From assembly GCA_049512055.1 (NCBI GenBank), contig JBEKXK010000003.1, positions 9,282-73,281 on the forward strand: DNA of 64,000 nucleotides, given 5' to 3'. Position numbers and translations under genes: made by a program. Under the pieces are notes generated by a model. The model ran no database searches. It saw only the letters and a program-made list of their open reading frames with translations, and was not told the origin of the DNA. The DNA comes from Syntrophales bacterium. GTDB taxonomy: Bacteria; Desulfobacterota; Syntrophia; Syntrophales; UBA2185. This document shows, piece after piece, positions 1 through 8,872 of this stretch (the stretch's first letter is position 1; the number at the start of each line of letters is the position of its first letter).

Positions 1-554
1 TCTTCCATCTCCCGGCTCCTGGCCTTTCCCCGGATAGTCGGAATTACACAATAGGAGCAGCGATTGGAGCAGCCTTCGGCGATCTTGAGGTAGCTGGTGT
101 AAAATGGCGTAGTTATCAGGCGTGGAGTTTGCGCATTCATCAGGAAGTCGGGTTTGCCGATGATAGAGCGGCTGCCCGGGACTTCTGTCTGAGATAAACC
201 GTTTAGGTGATGTATGATGTTTGCTATTTCCCCGACCCCCAAGAAGAGATCAACCTCCGGCAGCTCTTTTTCCAAACTTTTTCCGTATCGCTGGGGCAGA
301 CATCCTGTTACGACCAAATGGGTGCAGGCAATCTTTTGCTTTTTTTTCCACTCGACCATCTTGAGGATTTCATCTATGGATTCTTCTTTTGCGGAAAGGA
401 TAAAGGAGCAGGTATTGATCAGGACGATGTGCGCCTCGTCTGCCAGGGAAGTGATGCTATAGCCGCCTTTTGCAAGGAGTGCGGCCATGACCTCGGAGTC
501 AACCAGATTCTTCGGACATCCCAGGCTTATGATGTGAACATTTCTGTGTTTCAA
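1..554 (-). CDS. rimO: Ribosomal protein S12 methylthiotransferase RimO, N-terminal part (gene continues beyond window start)
   Basis: Absent from the ORF track because it has no stop in the window. My translation of the minus strand from TTG 554 gives LKHRNVHIISLGCPKNLVDSEVMAALLAKGGY...VVTGCLPQRY...YLKIAEGCSNRCSYCVIPTIRGKARS. That is an MTTase N-domain (RimO-type LGCPKNLVDSE) followed by a radical-SAM CxxxCxxC. The start overlaps the ftsK stop (TTGA). Confidence 0.75.
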   Translation of the reverse strand, partial: MKHRNVHIISLGCPKNLVDSEVMAALLAKGGYSITSLADEAHIVLINTCSFILSAKEESIDEILKMVEWKKKQKIACTHLVVTGCLPQRYGKSLEKELPEVDLFLGVGEIANIIHHLNGLSQTEVPGSRSIIGKPDFLMNAQTPRLITTPFYTSYLKIAEGCSNRCSYCVIPTIRGKARSREME

Positions 555-2467
555 CGGGGGATCTTTCTGGCCAGTACTTTTCTCGGTTTGACGCCGTCGG
601 AGGGTCCAACGACTCCTTCTGCCTCCATCCGTTCGATCATGCGGGCAGCGCGGTTGTATCCGACTTTCAGGTATCTTTGTACCAGAGAGATTGAAGCCTG
701 TCCCAACTCAGTGATAAGTTCGACAGCCTCGTCATATTTTTCGTCAAATTCACCGTCCGACTTTTCTGTGTCCGATGAATCTGCCCGGTATTCCGTTATC
801 GTTTCATCGTAGGAAGGTCTGGCCTGTTTCTTTATGAACTCCACGATTCTTTCTATCTCTTTGTCTGACACATATGGCCCGTGAATGCGGGTCAATTTGG
901 ACGTGCCGGGGGGCATAAAGAGCATGTCGCCGGAGCCTAACAGATTTTCGGCGCCCAGTTGATCGAGGATCGTCCGCGAGTCAACCTTTGACGATACCTG
1001 AAATGATATTCTCGTGGGGAAGTTCGCTTTTATGACACCCGTAATTACGTCCACGGAAGGTCTCTGAGTGGCCAATATCAAATGAATCCCCGCGGCCCTC
1101 GCCATCTGGGCCAGCCGGGCGAGTGACTCTTCCACGTTTCTCTGTGCGACCATCATCAGGTCTGCGAGCTCGTCGATGATGATCACGATATAGGGCAATT
1201 TGGACGGCAGTTTGCTGTCGGGTTCCTCTTTTTCAGCGGCGCCGAGCGGCTGAATGGTCTTCTCTTTCAGCTTCTTGTCTATAAGCTTGTTATACGCCTC
1301 GATGTTCTTGACCCCGAGCTCGACAATTGTCTGGTACCGCTTTTCCATTTCTTCCACAGCCCACTTGAGAACCTGGGACGCTCTCTTGGGGTCGACGACG
1401 ACCGGGTGCAGCAGGTGCGGTATCCCTTCATATGCAGACAGTTCGAGTCTCTTCGGGTCGATCATGAGAAACTTGGTATCATCAGGGGGGGTCTTGAACA
1501 GGATGCTGCAGATCATGGCATTGAGGGAGACGCTTTTCCCAGATCCCGTTGTGCCGGCAATCAGGAGGTGAGGCATCCTCGCAAGGTCGGTGATTACGGG
1601 GGTCCCTATGATATCTTCGCCCAAGGCGATGGGGAGCTTAAATTGAGATTCGAGAAAAGCATCGTTATCCAAAACATCTTTCAGGTGAACCGGCTCCCGT
1701 TCATGGTTGGGAATCTCAATGCCGATCACCGCTTTTCCGGGAATGGGGGCGATAATTCTGATGCTGGGCGCCCTCAGCGCTAAAGCGAGATCGTCGGACA
1801 GATTGGTAACCTTGGTGATCTTGACGCCGGGTGCGGGCTCCAGTTCGTACATGGTGATGAGGGGACCCGGTTTGACTTCCACCACTTTTCCTTCGACGCC
1901 GAAATCGGCAAGCTTCTTTTCGAGGATCCGGGAATTCATAATAAGGCTGTCCCGCTTTATCCGCGTATCTTTTCGCTCAACCTGGTCCAGGAGTGTTAGC
2001 GGCGGCAGTTTGAAGGCGCCCTCCTTTTGAATGAAATCAAAATGGGTCTGCTCCACCCTTTTTCGCTTCATCCTTTCTACGGACGGAGATGGGGCGTCAA
2101 TCACGGGCACTGTTTTGGGGATTTTTTCTCTTTCTGCTGCTCTTCCTCTTCGTTCTTTCAGCATGTCCGTTTTTGTGGATGTGAATCTTTTCAATCCGTC
2201 CCATAAAAAAACAAAGATACCTTTAAACCTCTTGCTCACAGAAACCAGGGATAAGTTGACTATGATAATCAGGGATATGATGAGGACAAGCAAGAGTATG
2301 ATATACGTGCCTGCCTGATCGAAGTAATTGATGAGCAGCTCTGCTGACACAGTTCCCAGGAGGCCTCCTGCACTGAGTTTAACGCCGTACACCTGGACAT
2401 CTGCCAGGCTTGTTGCAAGGAGCGCAGATGTGGAAAAGATAAGACCGCCAAGACCCGCGACGCCCAC
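551..2467 (-). CDS. ftsK: DNA translocase FtsK, main part (TM3-TM4, linker, motor and gamma domains)
   Basis: 638-aa ORF with Walker A LIAGTTGSGKSV, Walker B IVIIIDELADLMMV and the gamma winged helix ISLVQRYLKVGYNRAARMIERME. It is in frame with the 2507..2749 fragment upstream. Confidence 0.93.
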   Translation of the reverse strand: MGVAGLGGLIFSTSALLATSLADVQVYGVKLSAGGLLGTVSAELLINYFDQAGTYIILLLVLIISLIIIVNLSLVSVSKRFKGIFVFLWDGLKRFTSTKTDMLKERRGRAAEREKIPKTVPVIDAPSPSVERMKRKRVEQTHFDFIQKEGAFKLPPLTLLDQVERKDTRIKRDSLIMNSRILEKKLADFGVEGKVVEVKPGPLITMYELEPAPGVKITKVTNLSDDLALALRAPSIRIIAPIPGKAVIGIEIPNHEREPVHLKDVLDNDAFLESQFKLPIALGEDIIGTPVITDLARMPHLLIAGTTGSGKSVSLNAMICSILFKTPPDDTKFLMIDPKRLELSAYEGIPHLLHPVVVDPKRASQVLKWAVEEMEKRYQTIVELGVKNIEAYNKLIDKKLKEKTIQPLGAAEKEEPDSKLPSKLPYIVIIIDELADLMMVAQRNVEESLARLAQMARAAGIHLILATQRPSVDVITGVIKANFPTRISFQVSSKVDSRTILDQLGAENLLGSGDMLFMPPGTSKLTRIHGPYVSDKEIERIVEFIKKQARPSYDETITEYRADSSDTEKSDGEFDEKYDEAVELITELGQASISLVQRYLKVGYNRAARMIERMEAEGVVGPSDGVKPRKVLARKIPR

Positions 2468-2506
2468 GAGATTGATCTTAAAAGGTTCGTCGAGAAAATA
2501 CCTGAA

Positions 2507-2749
2507 TTAGACTATAAGAAGAAAAAAAGGAATGATAAATGCGCCTATGCCGAGTAACCTGATGAGGGAATCCGCTATATGTGATCCCACTGAACCTATG
2601 AGGTTGTGCGTCTTCGTATTATCGGTTACAAAATGCGTGAACGACGGATCAAGAGGATGGTAGGAGGCCAAGCACAGAAGCAAGAAAATGGCGCTCGCCA
2701 GGCAAGTGGCCCCCCATATTTCTTTTAATTTTCTGTCGTCCAATTTCAC
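2507..2749 (-). CDS. ftsK: FtsK N-terminal fragment (TM1-TM2), separated from the main ORF by an in-frame TAA
   Basis: 80-aa ORF: ...CLASAIFLLLCLASYHPLDPSFTHF...NLIGSVGSHIADSLIRLLGIGAFIIPFFLLIV. This is the canonical FtsK N-terminus. The TAA at 2507-2509 is followed by 13 in-frame sense codons before GTG 2467. Confidence 0.8.
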   Translation of the reverse strand: MKLDDRKLKEIWGATCLASAIFLLLCLASYHPLDPSFTHFVTDNTKTHNLIGSVGSHIADSLIRLLGIGAFIIPFFLLIV

Positions 2750-2889
2750 TTCTTCATCTCATAAATTAACTGCAGCATTCCACGAGCGCCCAAAGCACAA
2801 CCACGCGTCATCTCCTATTGCATCAGGCAAATGGAAAGAATATCACTCCACGTGCCCGATTAACAGCCTTGTCGCCGGATATTAATAGA

Positions 2890-3612
2890 TCATGTCGCTT
2901 GTGCAATTGATGGAGCTTCATAATTTTTGACGATGATATTCTGCACCTTATCTATCAGCTCCTGCCGGTTCTCAAGGGAATATCCTGTGACGTCTATGGG
3001 CTTATCTATGACCATGGTGATTTTTCCGGGTTTTATGCGCAAGGACCTCTTCGGCATGATTTCTCCTGCACCTATGATGGATATAGGCACTATAGGGACG
3101 CCCGACTTTATGGCAAGGTAGAACATGCCATGCTTGAACGGCTTGATCTTACCATCCTTGCTTCTTGTTCCCTCGGGGAAAGACATCACTGATTTCCCTT
3201 CCCTGATCTTCATAGCGGCTTTGTCGATACTCATCATCGCCTTTTCACGGTCTTCTCTGTCGATTTCTATATATCCCGCACTTTGCATCGCTCTTCCAAA
3301 AAGGGGGATCTGGAAGAGTTCCTTTTTGACTATCCAGCGGAACTGGCCTTGCAGGTGAGCCAGGACGATCAGTATATCGAAATCACTTTGGTGATTCGCC
3401 ATGAAGATTTGTGGTTTTCCTGTCAGAACGTTTTCAGCGCCGATAATCTCAACCTTGGTGTTTGCGACGGCAAGGAGCATCTTGGCCCAGATATTTGCCA
3501 CCCTGTGAACCATATTTTCATCAGAGGTAATAAACCCAAAGGCAACTGCGCAACCAGACATAAATGCAGTGATCGCTATGCCTACCGTTACTAAAAATAA
3601 AGCCCGGATCAT
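2890..3612 (-). CDS. plsC: 1-acyl-sn-glycerol-3-phosphate acyltransferase
   Basis: 240 aa with an N-terminal TM segment, the HxxxxD motif NHQSDFD and the FPEGTRS motif. Confidence 0.85.
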   Translation of the reverse strand: MIRALFLVTVGIAITAFMSGCAVAFGFITSDENMVHRVANIWAKMLLAVANTKVEIIGAENVLTGKPQIFMANHQSDFDILIVLAHLQGQFRWIVKKELFQIPLFGRAMQSAGYIEIDREDREKAMMSIDKAAMKIREGKSVMSFPEGTRSKDGKIKPFKHGMFYLAIKSGVPIVPISIIGAGEIMPKRSLRIKPGKITMVIDKPIDVTGYSLENRQELIDKVQNIIVKNYEAPSIAQAT

Positions 3613-3836
3613 GGATTAATCCTCAATATCCTCGATAAGTTTTACCATTGGCAGGTATTTTTTTACTTGATAATATGGGCTAAGTCAATAACGATTATAC
3701 CGTCTCTTCCGGAGGAAATACTGTACCGAGAAAAGGATTGACAAAAGATAGTCATGATAATAGCATGACTGCCCCGAGAAAAAGCCGAAGAATTGTTATT
3801 GTTCAATTTCCAGAAGGAGCATCTCAAAAAAATGGC

Positions 3837-4835
3837 ATGGTTTCCATGAAAAAAATTCTAAGCAAAAAAAGGGCATTGGAAATTATTAAGAACTTTCCCA
3901 GAGCAAAGGTTCTGGTGGTCGGCGATATCATGGTCGATCATTTCATATGGGGCAAGGTGGTGCGGATTTCGCCAGAGGCCCCTGTTCCTGTCGTGGAGAT
4001 CCAATCGGACTCGCTTTTGCTGGGGGGCTGTGCGAACGTATTAAATAATATCTTTTCCCTGGGAGGGAAAGTTTACGGGGCGGGAGTCATAGGCGACGAT
4101 GATATGGGAAAGAGGCTGCTCCTGGAGTTTCGCAACAGACAGATAAATACAGATGGAATTGTTGTAGAAGCGAACCGTCCGACTACATTGAAAACCAGAA
4201 TTGTGGCCCACGGTCAGCAGGTAGTCAGATTTGATCAGGAAAGCAGGGAGCCTATTCGGCCCAGCAGTGTGGAGAAGATAACGAAGTACATAAAAAAATT
4301 GCGCAATGATCTGGGAGCCGTGGTCATCTCGGACTACAATAAGGGAGTTGTAACGAGGCAGCTCCTGGATAGTATTCGCCGAGTCACATCCGGGAAAGGC
4401 ATCTCCGTTTGTGTAGATCCCAAGCAGAATGATTTTTCCCTATACAAGGACTTTGACATCATTACGCCTAATCACCACGAAGCAGGCCGAGCAGCCGGTA
4501 TGGATATTATTGACGGCAATGACATTGCAAAAATAGGGAAGACGCTTCTCAAGAAATTTAATTTCAAGGCGCTTCTTATTACCCGCGGTGAGGAAGGAAT
4601 GAGTCTCTTCGAAAGCAATGACAACACAATGCATACAGCCTTTCCGGCTGAGGCGAGGGAAGTCTTTGATGTCACCGGCGCCGGGGATACGGTCATCGGC
4701 GTGCTAGCTCTCTGCGTGGCCTCCGGGGCGACTTTTAAGGAGGCAGCGGCTCTGGCCAATATTGCCGCCGGCATTGTTGTGGGAAAGGTGGGAACGGCAA
4801 CGATTTCTCTGGATGAACTCAAAGGGGTCTTATGA
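3837..4835 (+). CDS. hldA: D-glycero-beta-D-manno-heptose-7-phosphate kinase (RfaE/HldE domain I only, PfkB family)
   Basis: KVLVVGDIMVDHFIWGKVVRISPEAPVPVV and the C-terminal DVTGAGDTV kinase motif. No domain II is present. The ORF is open from 3738; ATG 3837 or 3846 is the more plausible start, so the start is uncertain. Confidence 0.8.
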   Translation: MVSMKKILSKKRALEIIKNFPRAKVLVVGDIMVDHFIWGKVVRISPEAPVPVVEIQSDSLLLGGCANVLNNIFSLGGKVYGAGVIGDDDMGKRLLLEFRNRQINTDGIVVEANRPTTLKTRIVAHGQQVVRFDQESREPIRPSSVEKITKYIKKLRNDLGAVVISDYNKGVVTRQLLDSIRRVTSGKGISVCVDPKQNDFSLYKDFDIITPNHHEAGRAAGMDIIDGNDIAKIGKTLLKKFNFKALLITRGEEGMSLFESNDNTMHTAFPAEAREVFDVTGAGDTVIGVLALCVASGATFKEAAALANIAAGIVVGKVGTATISLDELKGVL

Positions 4836-5356
4836 GCAAGCCGCGGCCCGCAGAGGCAGTCAAATTGCTCATGAGCCATATATATGCAGACGGCAATCTG
4901 CTGAAAAGCATTCTTGAGGCATTATCTGAACACTATGGAGACATTGACTTTGTCAGTGCCCGGATTCCGTTTCACTACACTGACTACTATACGGAGGAGA
5001 TGGGATCACCCCTTGAAAGACGATTTATTTTTTTCGACACATTGATCAGGCCTGAATCATTGCCCGATGTGAAGCTATGTACAAATGATATTGAGGACAA
5101 AACTTCGGAGGGCGGAAAAAGAAGGGCAAATATTGACCCCGGATATATGTCTCAGGCCCATTTAATTTTGGCAACCGGCAAGGGCTATACTCACCGTCCT
5201 TACTTGAGGGCTGGCGTTTATGCAGATCTGGCCCTCATTTACATGGGGAAATCCTTTCAACCCCTGTCGTGGACCTACCCGGATTATGGAGAAAAGCCGG
5301 TCATTGAAATGTTTAACAGGATTAGATCAAAATATCTCATGCAGTTGAAACATTAG
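4832..5356 (+). CDS. DUF4416 family protein
   Basis: 174 aa with FHYTDYYTEEMG, NIDPGYMSQAHLILATGKGYTHRPYL and WTYPDYG, as in DUF4416. Its ATG overlaps the hldA stop (ATGA). Confidence 0.6.
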   Translation: MSKPRPAEAVKLLMSHIYADGNLLKSILEALSEHYGDIDFVSARIPFHYTDYYTEEMGSPLERRFIFFDTLIRPESLPDVKLCTNDIEDKTSEGGKRRANIDPGYMSQAHLILATGKGYTHRPYLRAGVYADLALIYMGKSFQPLSWTYPDYGEKPVIEMFNRIRSKYLMQLKH

Positions 5357-5480
5357 ATTCATGGTCGAAGAATTTGACAGCCTTTTGAGGATTCGCGATA
5401 TCTCTATTTTGCAGCCAATTTTGAAGAAGAACCAGATTTATTAGGTGGATTTATTATTCATCGGTATTGACTAGGAGTAC

Positions 5481-6368
5481 ATGATGATTCAAAGCATGAC
5501 CGGCTACGGCAGAATCGAGTCTGTCCAAAATGGCAGAAAATATACGGTGGAAATGAAGTCTCTCAACCATCGTTATCTGGAGATTTCCCTTCGGGTGCCT
5601 GCTATTCTTTCTCCCTTGGAACTAGACATCAAGAAAAGGATTAGCAGTAAATTTACCCGCGGCAGGGTGGAGGCAATCATCAGGATGGATTCCGAATGCA
5701 GTTCCATCATCGAAAGCAGGTATGAGTTGAATCTCCCGCTTATCCGCAATTATTATGAGTTGCTTGTACAATTGCGAGAGGAGCTTAAGCTTGAAGAGGA
5801 GATTACTTTGAGCATGATGACCGGATTCAGAGATGCTTTTGTGCAGAAGGAACCCAGCCTGGATCTATCCGCAATCTGGGACGAGTTAAGAGTGGTGCTT
5901 GATACGGCAATGACGGCTTTAATAGACATGAGAGAAAGGGAAGGAAGAAATGTCTGTGCTGACTTAGTGCTGAGAATAGGTCTGATCGTAAAGTCACTCG
6001 ATTCGATCGCGTTCCGGGCGCCTCGGGTTGTTTCAGAGTATCAAGTAAGACTTGCTGAGCGGGTGAAGGAACTTGTGGGAGGGATCGCGCTTGATGAACT
6101 GCGATTGCAGCAAGAGGTGGCTATCATGGCCGAGAAGTGCGATATCAGCGAGGAGATTGTCCGCTTGAATAGCCACATCGTACAGTTCCGTGATCTCTTA
6201 GAGAGTAGCGATGCCGTCGGGCGGAGCATGGATTTCCTGATTCAAGAGATGATAAGAGAGGTAAATACTATAGGCTCCAAGAGCAGCGATGCAGAGATAT
6301 CGCGTAAGGTAATTGACATCAAGAGTGAACTTTCCAGAATAAGAGAGCAGGTGCAGAACATTGAGTAA
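5481..6368 (+). CDS. yicC: YicC/YloC family stress-induced protein (endoribonuclease family)
   Basis: 295 aa with the MTGYGR N-terminus and a C-terminal DUF1732-like region, DISEEIVRLNSHI...REVNTIGSKS. Confidence 0.88.
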   Translation: MMIQSMTGYGRIESVQNGRKYTVEMKSLNHRYLEISLRVPAILSPLELDIKKRISSKFTRGRVEAIIRMDSECSSIIESRYELNLPLIRNYYELLVQLREELKLEEEITLSMMTGFRDAFVQKEPSLDLSAIWDELRVVLDTAMTALIDMREREGRNVCADLVLRIGLIVKSLDSIAFRAPRVVSEYQVRLAERVKELVGGIALDELRLQQEVAIMAEKCDISEEIVRLNSHIVQFRDLLESSDAVGRSMDFLIQEMIREVNTIGSKSSDAEISRKVIDIKSELSRIREQVQNIE

Positions 6369-6996
6369 GGGCGATTCGCAGAAGTCTGAAGGATTGTATA
6401 TTGTAGTTTCCGCGCCTTCAGGCACCGGCAAAACTTCGATACTGCGAAAAGTGTTGAGGATGTGCCCTAATCTGCTGTTCTCCGTTTCGTATACCACGAG
6501 GCCGCGTCGTCCCGGCGAGAGAGATGGGAAAGACTATCATTTTATTACCGAGGAGGCGTTCAAGGATAAACTGGCCCGTGGAGAATTTGCTGAGTGGGAA
6601 GAGAATTACGGCTACCTCTACGGGACATCGTCGAAAACGATGAAGGAGTTATTGGATTCCTTGCAGAAAGGATTCGATCTGGTACTGGATCTTGACTGGC
6701 GAGGCGCAAAAAAGTTGAAAAAGAATTACCCGGGTGGGATATTTGTCTTTATCCTTCCGCCATCAAGACGTGAATTAGAGAGAAGGCTTCGCGGGAGAGG
6801 GGCTGATAGCAAAGAAAACATAGATAAACGCCTGGCGAAGGCTTTAGATGAAATCAAAGAAATTGTGTGGTATGATTATTTAATCTTTAATGATCATCTT
6901 GAGACTGCCGTTGACACTCTGAGATCGATTTATGTGGCAGAAAAGAGTAAGAGGGAAAGATTAGCTTCTAAGACTAAGGAATTTCTTGCATTGTGA
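6361..6996 (+). CDS. gmk: Guanylate kinase
   Basis: P-loop SAPSGTGKTS and TTRPRRPGERDGKDYHF. It lies in the conserved yicC-gmk-rpoZ order. Confidence 0.93.
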   Translation: MSKGDSQKSEGLYIVVSAPSGTGKTSILRKVLRMCPNLLFSVSYTTRPRRPGERDGKDYHFITEEAFKDKLARGEFAEWEENYGYLYGTSSKTMKELLDSLQKGFDLVLDLDWRGAKKLKKNYPGGIFVFILPPSRRELERRLRGRGADSKENIDKRLAKALDEIKEIVWYDYLIFNDHLETAVDTLRSIYVAEKSKRERLASKTKEFLAL

Positions 6997-7012
6997 GGAG
7001 GTCATTTGAAAT

Positions 7013-7285
7013 ATGGCAAGGATAACGGTAGAAGACTCGTTGAAGGCAGCGAAAAACAGATTTGCTTTGGTTGTATTGACTGCGAAAAGGTCAAGGCAAT
7101 TGCTGAAAGGTGCTAAACCCCTGACCGATATTAAGAACAATAGGGAGATCGTAGCCTCGTTGAGGGAAATAGCCGCAGGGAAAGTTACATACGCCAATCC
7201 TGACTATTTACAGGGCATCAAAATAGATTACAAACCCATATTGGATGATACGGAATTTGTTGATGATGAAGAATACCTTGAATAA
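7013..7285 (+). CDS. rpoZ: DNA-directed RNA polymerase subunit omega
   Basis: 90 aa, [10 protein letters not shown]...[16 protein letters not shown]. Confidence 0.93.
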   Translation: MARITVEDSLKAAKNRFALVVLTAKRSRQLLKGAKPLTDIKNNREIVASLREIAAGKVTYANPDYLQGIKIDYKPILDDTEFVDDEEYLE

Positions 7286-8027
7286 GAATCCAAGGGAGAT
7301 GCTTATCTTTGCCCTTGATGTCGGGAAGGGTATCGAAGAAGCAATGACATGGGTCAAACGTCTTAGGGATCATTTGGAGATATTCAAGGTCGGAAAAGAA
7401 TCCTATACACGATATGGTCCTTGCATAGTTAAGAAAATCAGAGAAAGCGGCAAGAAAGTATTTCTGGATCTGAAGTTTCATGACATTCCTAACACAGTTG
7501 CCGGAGCTGCTGTCGGGGCTGTTGAGCAGGGCGTCTATATGTTCAATGTCCATGCCCTCGGCGGACGAGAGATGTTAGAGAAAACCGTCGCCGCTGTCAG
7601 TAGGGCCGTGCAAGATACTGCCCTGCCTCCTCCCATAATCCTTGCTGTTACGGTACTGACGAGTCTCAATGATATTGATCTTGAGCAAATGGGCTTTAAC
7701 TGTTCTGCAAGCGAGCTTACGCTGCGTCTGGCAAGACTCGCAAAGGATTCCGGTGTTTCCGGAGTGGTAGCCTCAGCCCATGATATTGCCGGCATCCGCG
7801 GGGCTTGTGGAAATGATTTCATCATTGTAACACCTGGTATCAGAGAGGCAATGGCGGTAGATGATGATCAGAAGAGAATATCCACAGTGAGAGATGCGGT
7901 AATGAGAGGAGCCGACTACATAGTTGTCGGAAGACCCATCAGACAAGCCGCTGATCCGGTTCAAAGGGTCGAAGAGATTGTATCCGAAATTGCCGACGGC
8001 CTTGCAATGCGAGGAAGAGTAGTATAG
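7245..8027 (+). CDS. pyrF: Orotidine 5'-phosphate decarboxylase
   Basis: LIFALDV, FKVG and [13 protein letters not shown] motifs. The start is uncertain: several ATGs at 7245-7299 overlap the rpoZ 3' end. Confidence 0.9.
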   Translation: MIRNLLMMKNTLNKNPREMLIFALDVGKGIEEAMTWVKRLRDHLEIFKVGKESYTRYGPCIVKKIRESGKKVFLDLKFHDIPNTVAGAAVGAVEQGVYMFNVHALGGREMLEKTVAAVSRAVQDTALPPPIILAVTVLTSLNDIDLEQMGFNCSASELTLRLARLAKDSGVSGVVASAHDIAGIRGACGNDFIIVTPGIREAMAVDDDQKRISTVRDAVMRGADYIVVGRPIRQAADPVQRVEEIVSEIADGLAMRGRVV

Positions 8028-8111
8028 GTTCAATACACTTATCGGCCATTAGCTCATTGTCATATTCAGTTTTCATTGTGACTATGTCAGTCATATTGAT
8101 GGAGTGAGGGC

Positions 8112-8849
8112 GTGCAGGTAATCTTTGGTATTAATCCCCTGTTAGAGGATCTCAAGAGTCAGACTGGGAGGGTAAATAGAATTATTGTTGCCCAGGGAAG
8201 AGGAGGCGAGGCCTGCCAGAAAGTCCTGAATCTGGCGAAGCAAAAGGGGATTCATATAGAATTCAGAGAGAGAAGCTACTTAGACAGAAAAGCAGGTCAG
8301 GGGTCTCATCAGGGAATTGTCGGTTTCTGTGAGCCATTCGTGTATGCAAGTGTGGATGATGTTATTGCAAATCGTCATCCTGATTTTAATTATAATTTGA
8401 TTCTCATCCTTGATGGCATTACTGATCCACAAAATCTGGGCACACTGATAAGAACGGCTCATTGTTGCGGTGCTAATGGAGTTATTATACCCGAGAATCG
8501 TTCCGCATCGGTAACAGGCACTGTGATAAAGGCATCAGCCGGAGCCGCGAACCATACATCCATAGCCAGGGTGGTAAACCTGTCCAATACTATTGACCAT
8601 TTGAAGGAGCAGGGATTCTGGATATATGGTACTGACCCTGCGTCAGGCAAAGATTTCGGTTCTTTTGATTATGATGGGCACATCGGCCTCGTGCTGGGTA
8701 GTGAGGGGACGGGCATAAGGCCGCTCATCAGAAAAAAATGTGATTTTTTTCTCTCGATTCCTACAATGGGTAAGATAGACTCACTGAATGTTTCGGTAGC
8801 AGCGGGGATTATACTTTATGAGATATTGAGAACGTTTGGAAAAGTCTGA
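8112..8849 (+). CDS. rlmB: 23S rRNA (guanosine-2'-O)-methyltransferase RlmB (SpoU/TrmH family)
   Basis: 245 aa with a substrate-binding N-domain followed by SpoU motifs LILDGITDPQNLGTLIRTA, LVLGSEGTGIR and IPTMGKIDSLNVSVAAGI. Confidence 0.85.
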   Translation: MQVIFGINPLLEDLKSQTGRVNRIIVAQGRGGEACQKVLNLAKQKGIHIEFRERSYLDRKAGQGSHQGIVGFCEPFVYASVDDVIANRHPDFNYNLILILDGITDPQNLGTLIRTAHCCGANGVIIPENRSASVTGTVIKASAGAANHTSIARVVNLSNTIDHLKEQGFWIYGTDPASGKDFGSFDYDGHIGLVLGSEGTGIRPLIRKKCDFFLSIPTMGKIDSLNVSVAAGIILYEILRTFGKV

Positions 8850-8872
8850 GTGTTTGAAAGGGGTTTTCAATT

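Noticed and set aside
207-812. 201-aa plus-strand ORF (and the nested 214..462 ORF)
   Set aside because: It lies antisense to the clearly homologous rimO and ftsK coding sequences. It has no recognisable motifs and spans the junction of two genes, so it is a shadow ORF.
2507-2509. Stop-codon reassignment (TAA or TGA read as sense) as an explanation for the interrupted ftsK and methyltransferase
   Set aside because: TAA and TGA terminate many well-conserved neighbouring genes at exactly the expected protein ends (rpmG, rpoZ, rplO, ribosomal proteins and others). The standard code therefore applies.
3738-3836. ORF-track start TTG 3738 for the heptose kinase (33 extra N-terminal residues, MTKDSHDNSMTAPRKSRRIVIVQF...)
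   Set aside because: The extension has no counterpart in RfaE/HldE domain I proteins. The conserved N-terminus begins shortly before KVLVVGD, so an internal ATG (3837 or 3846) is more plausible, although this is not proven.
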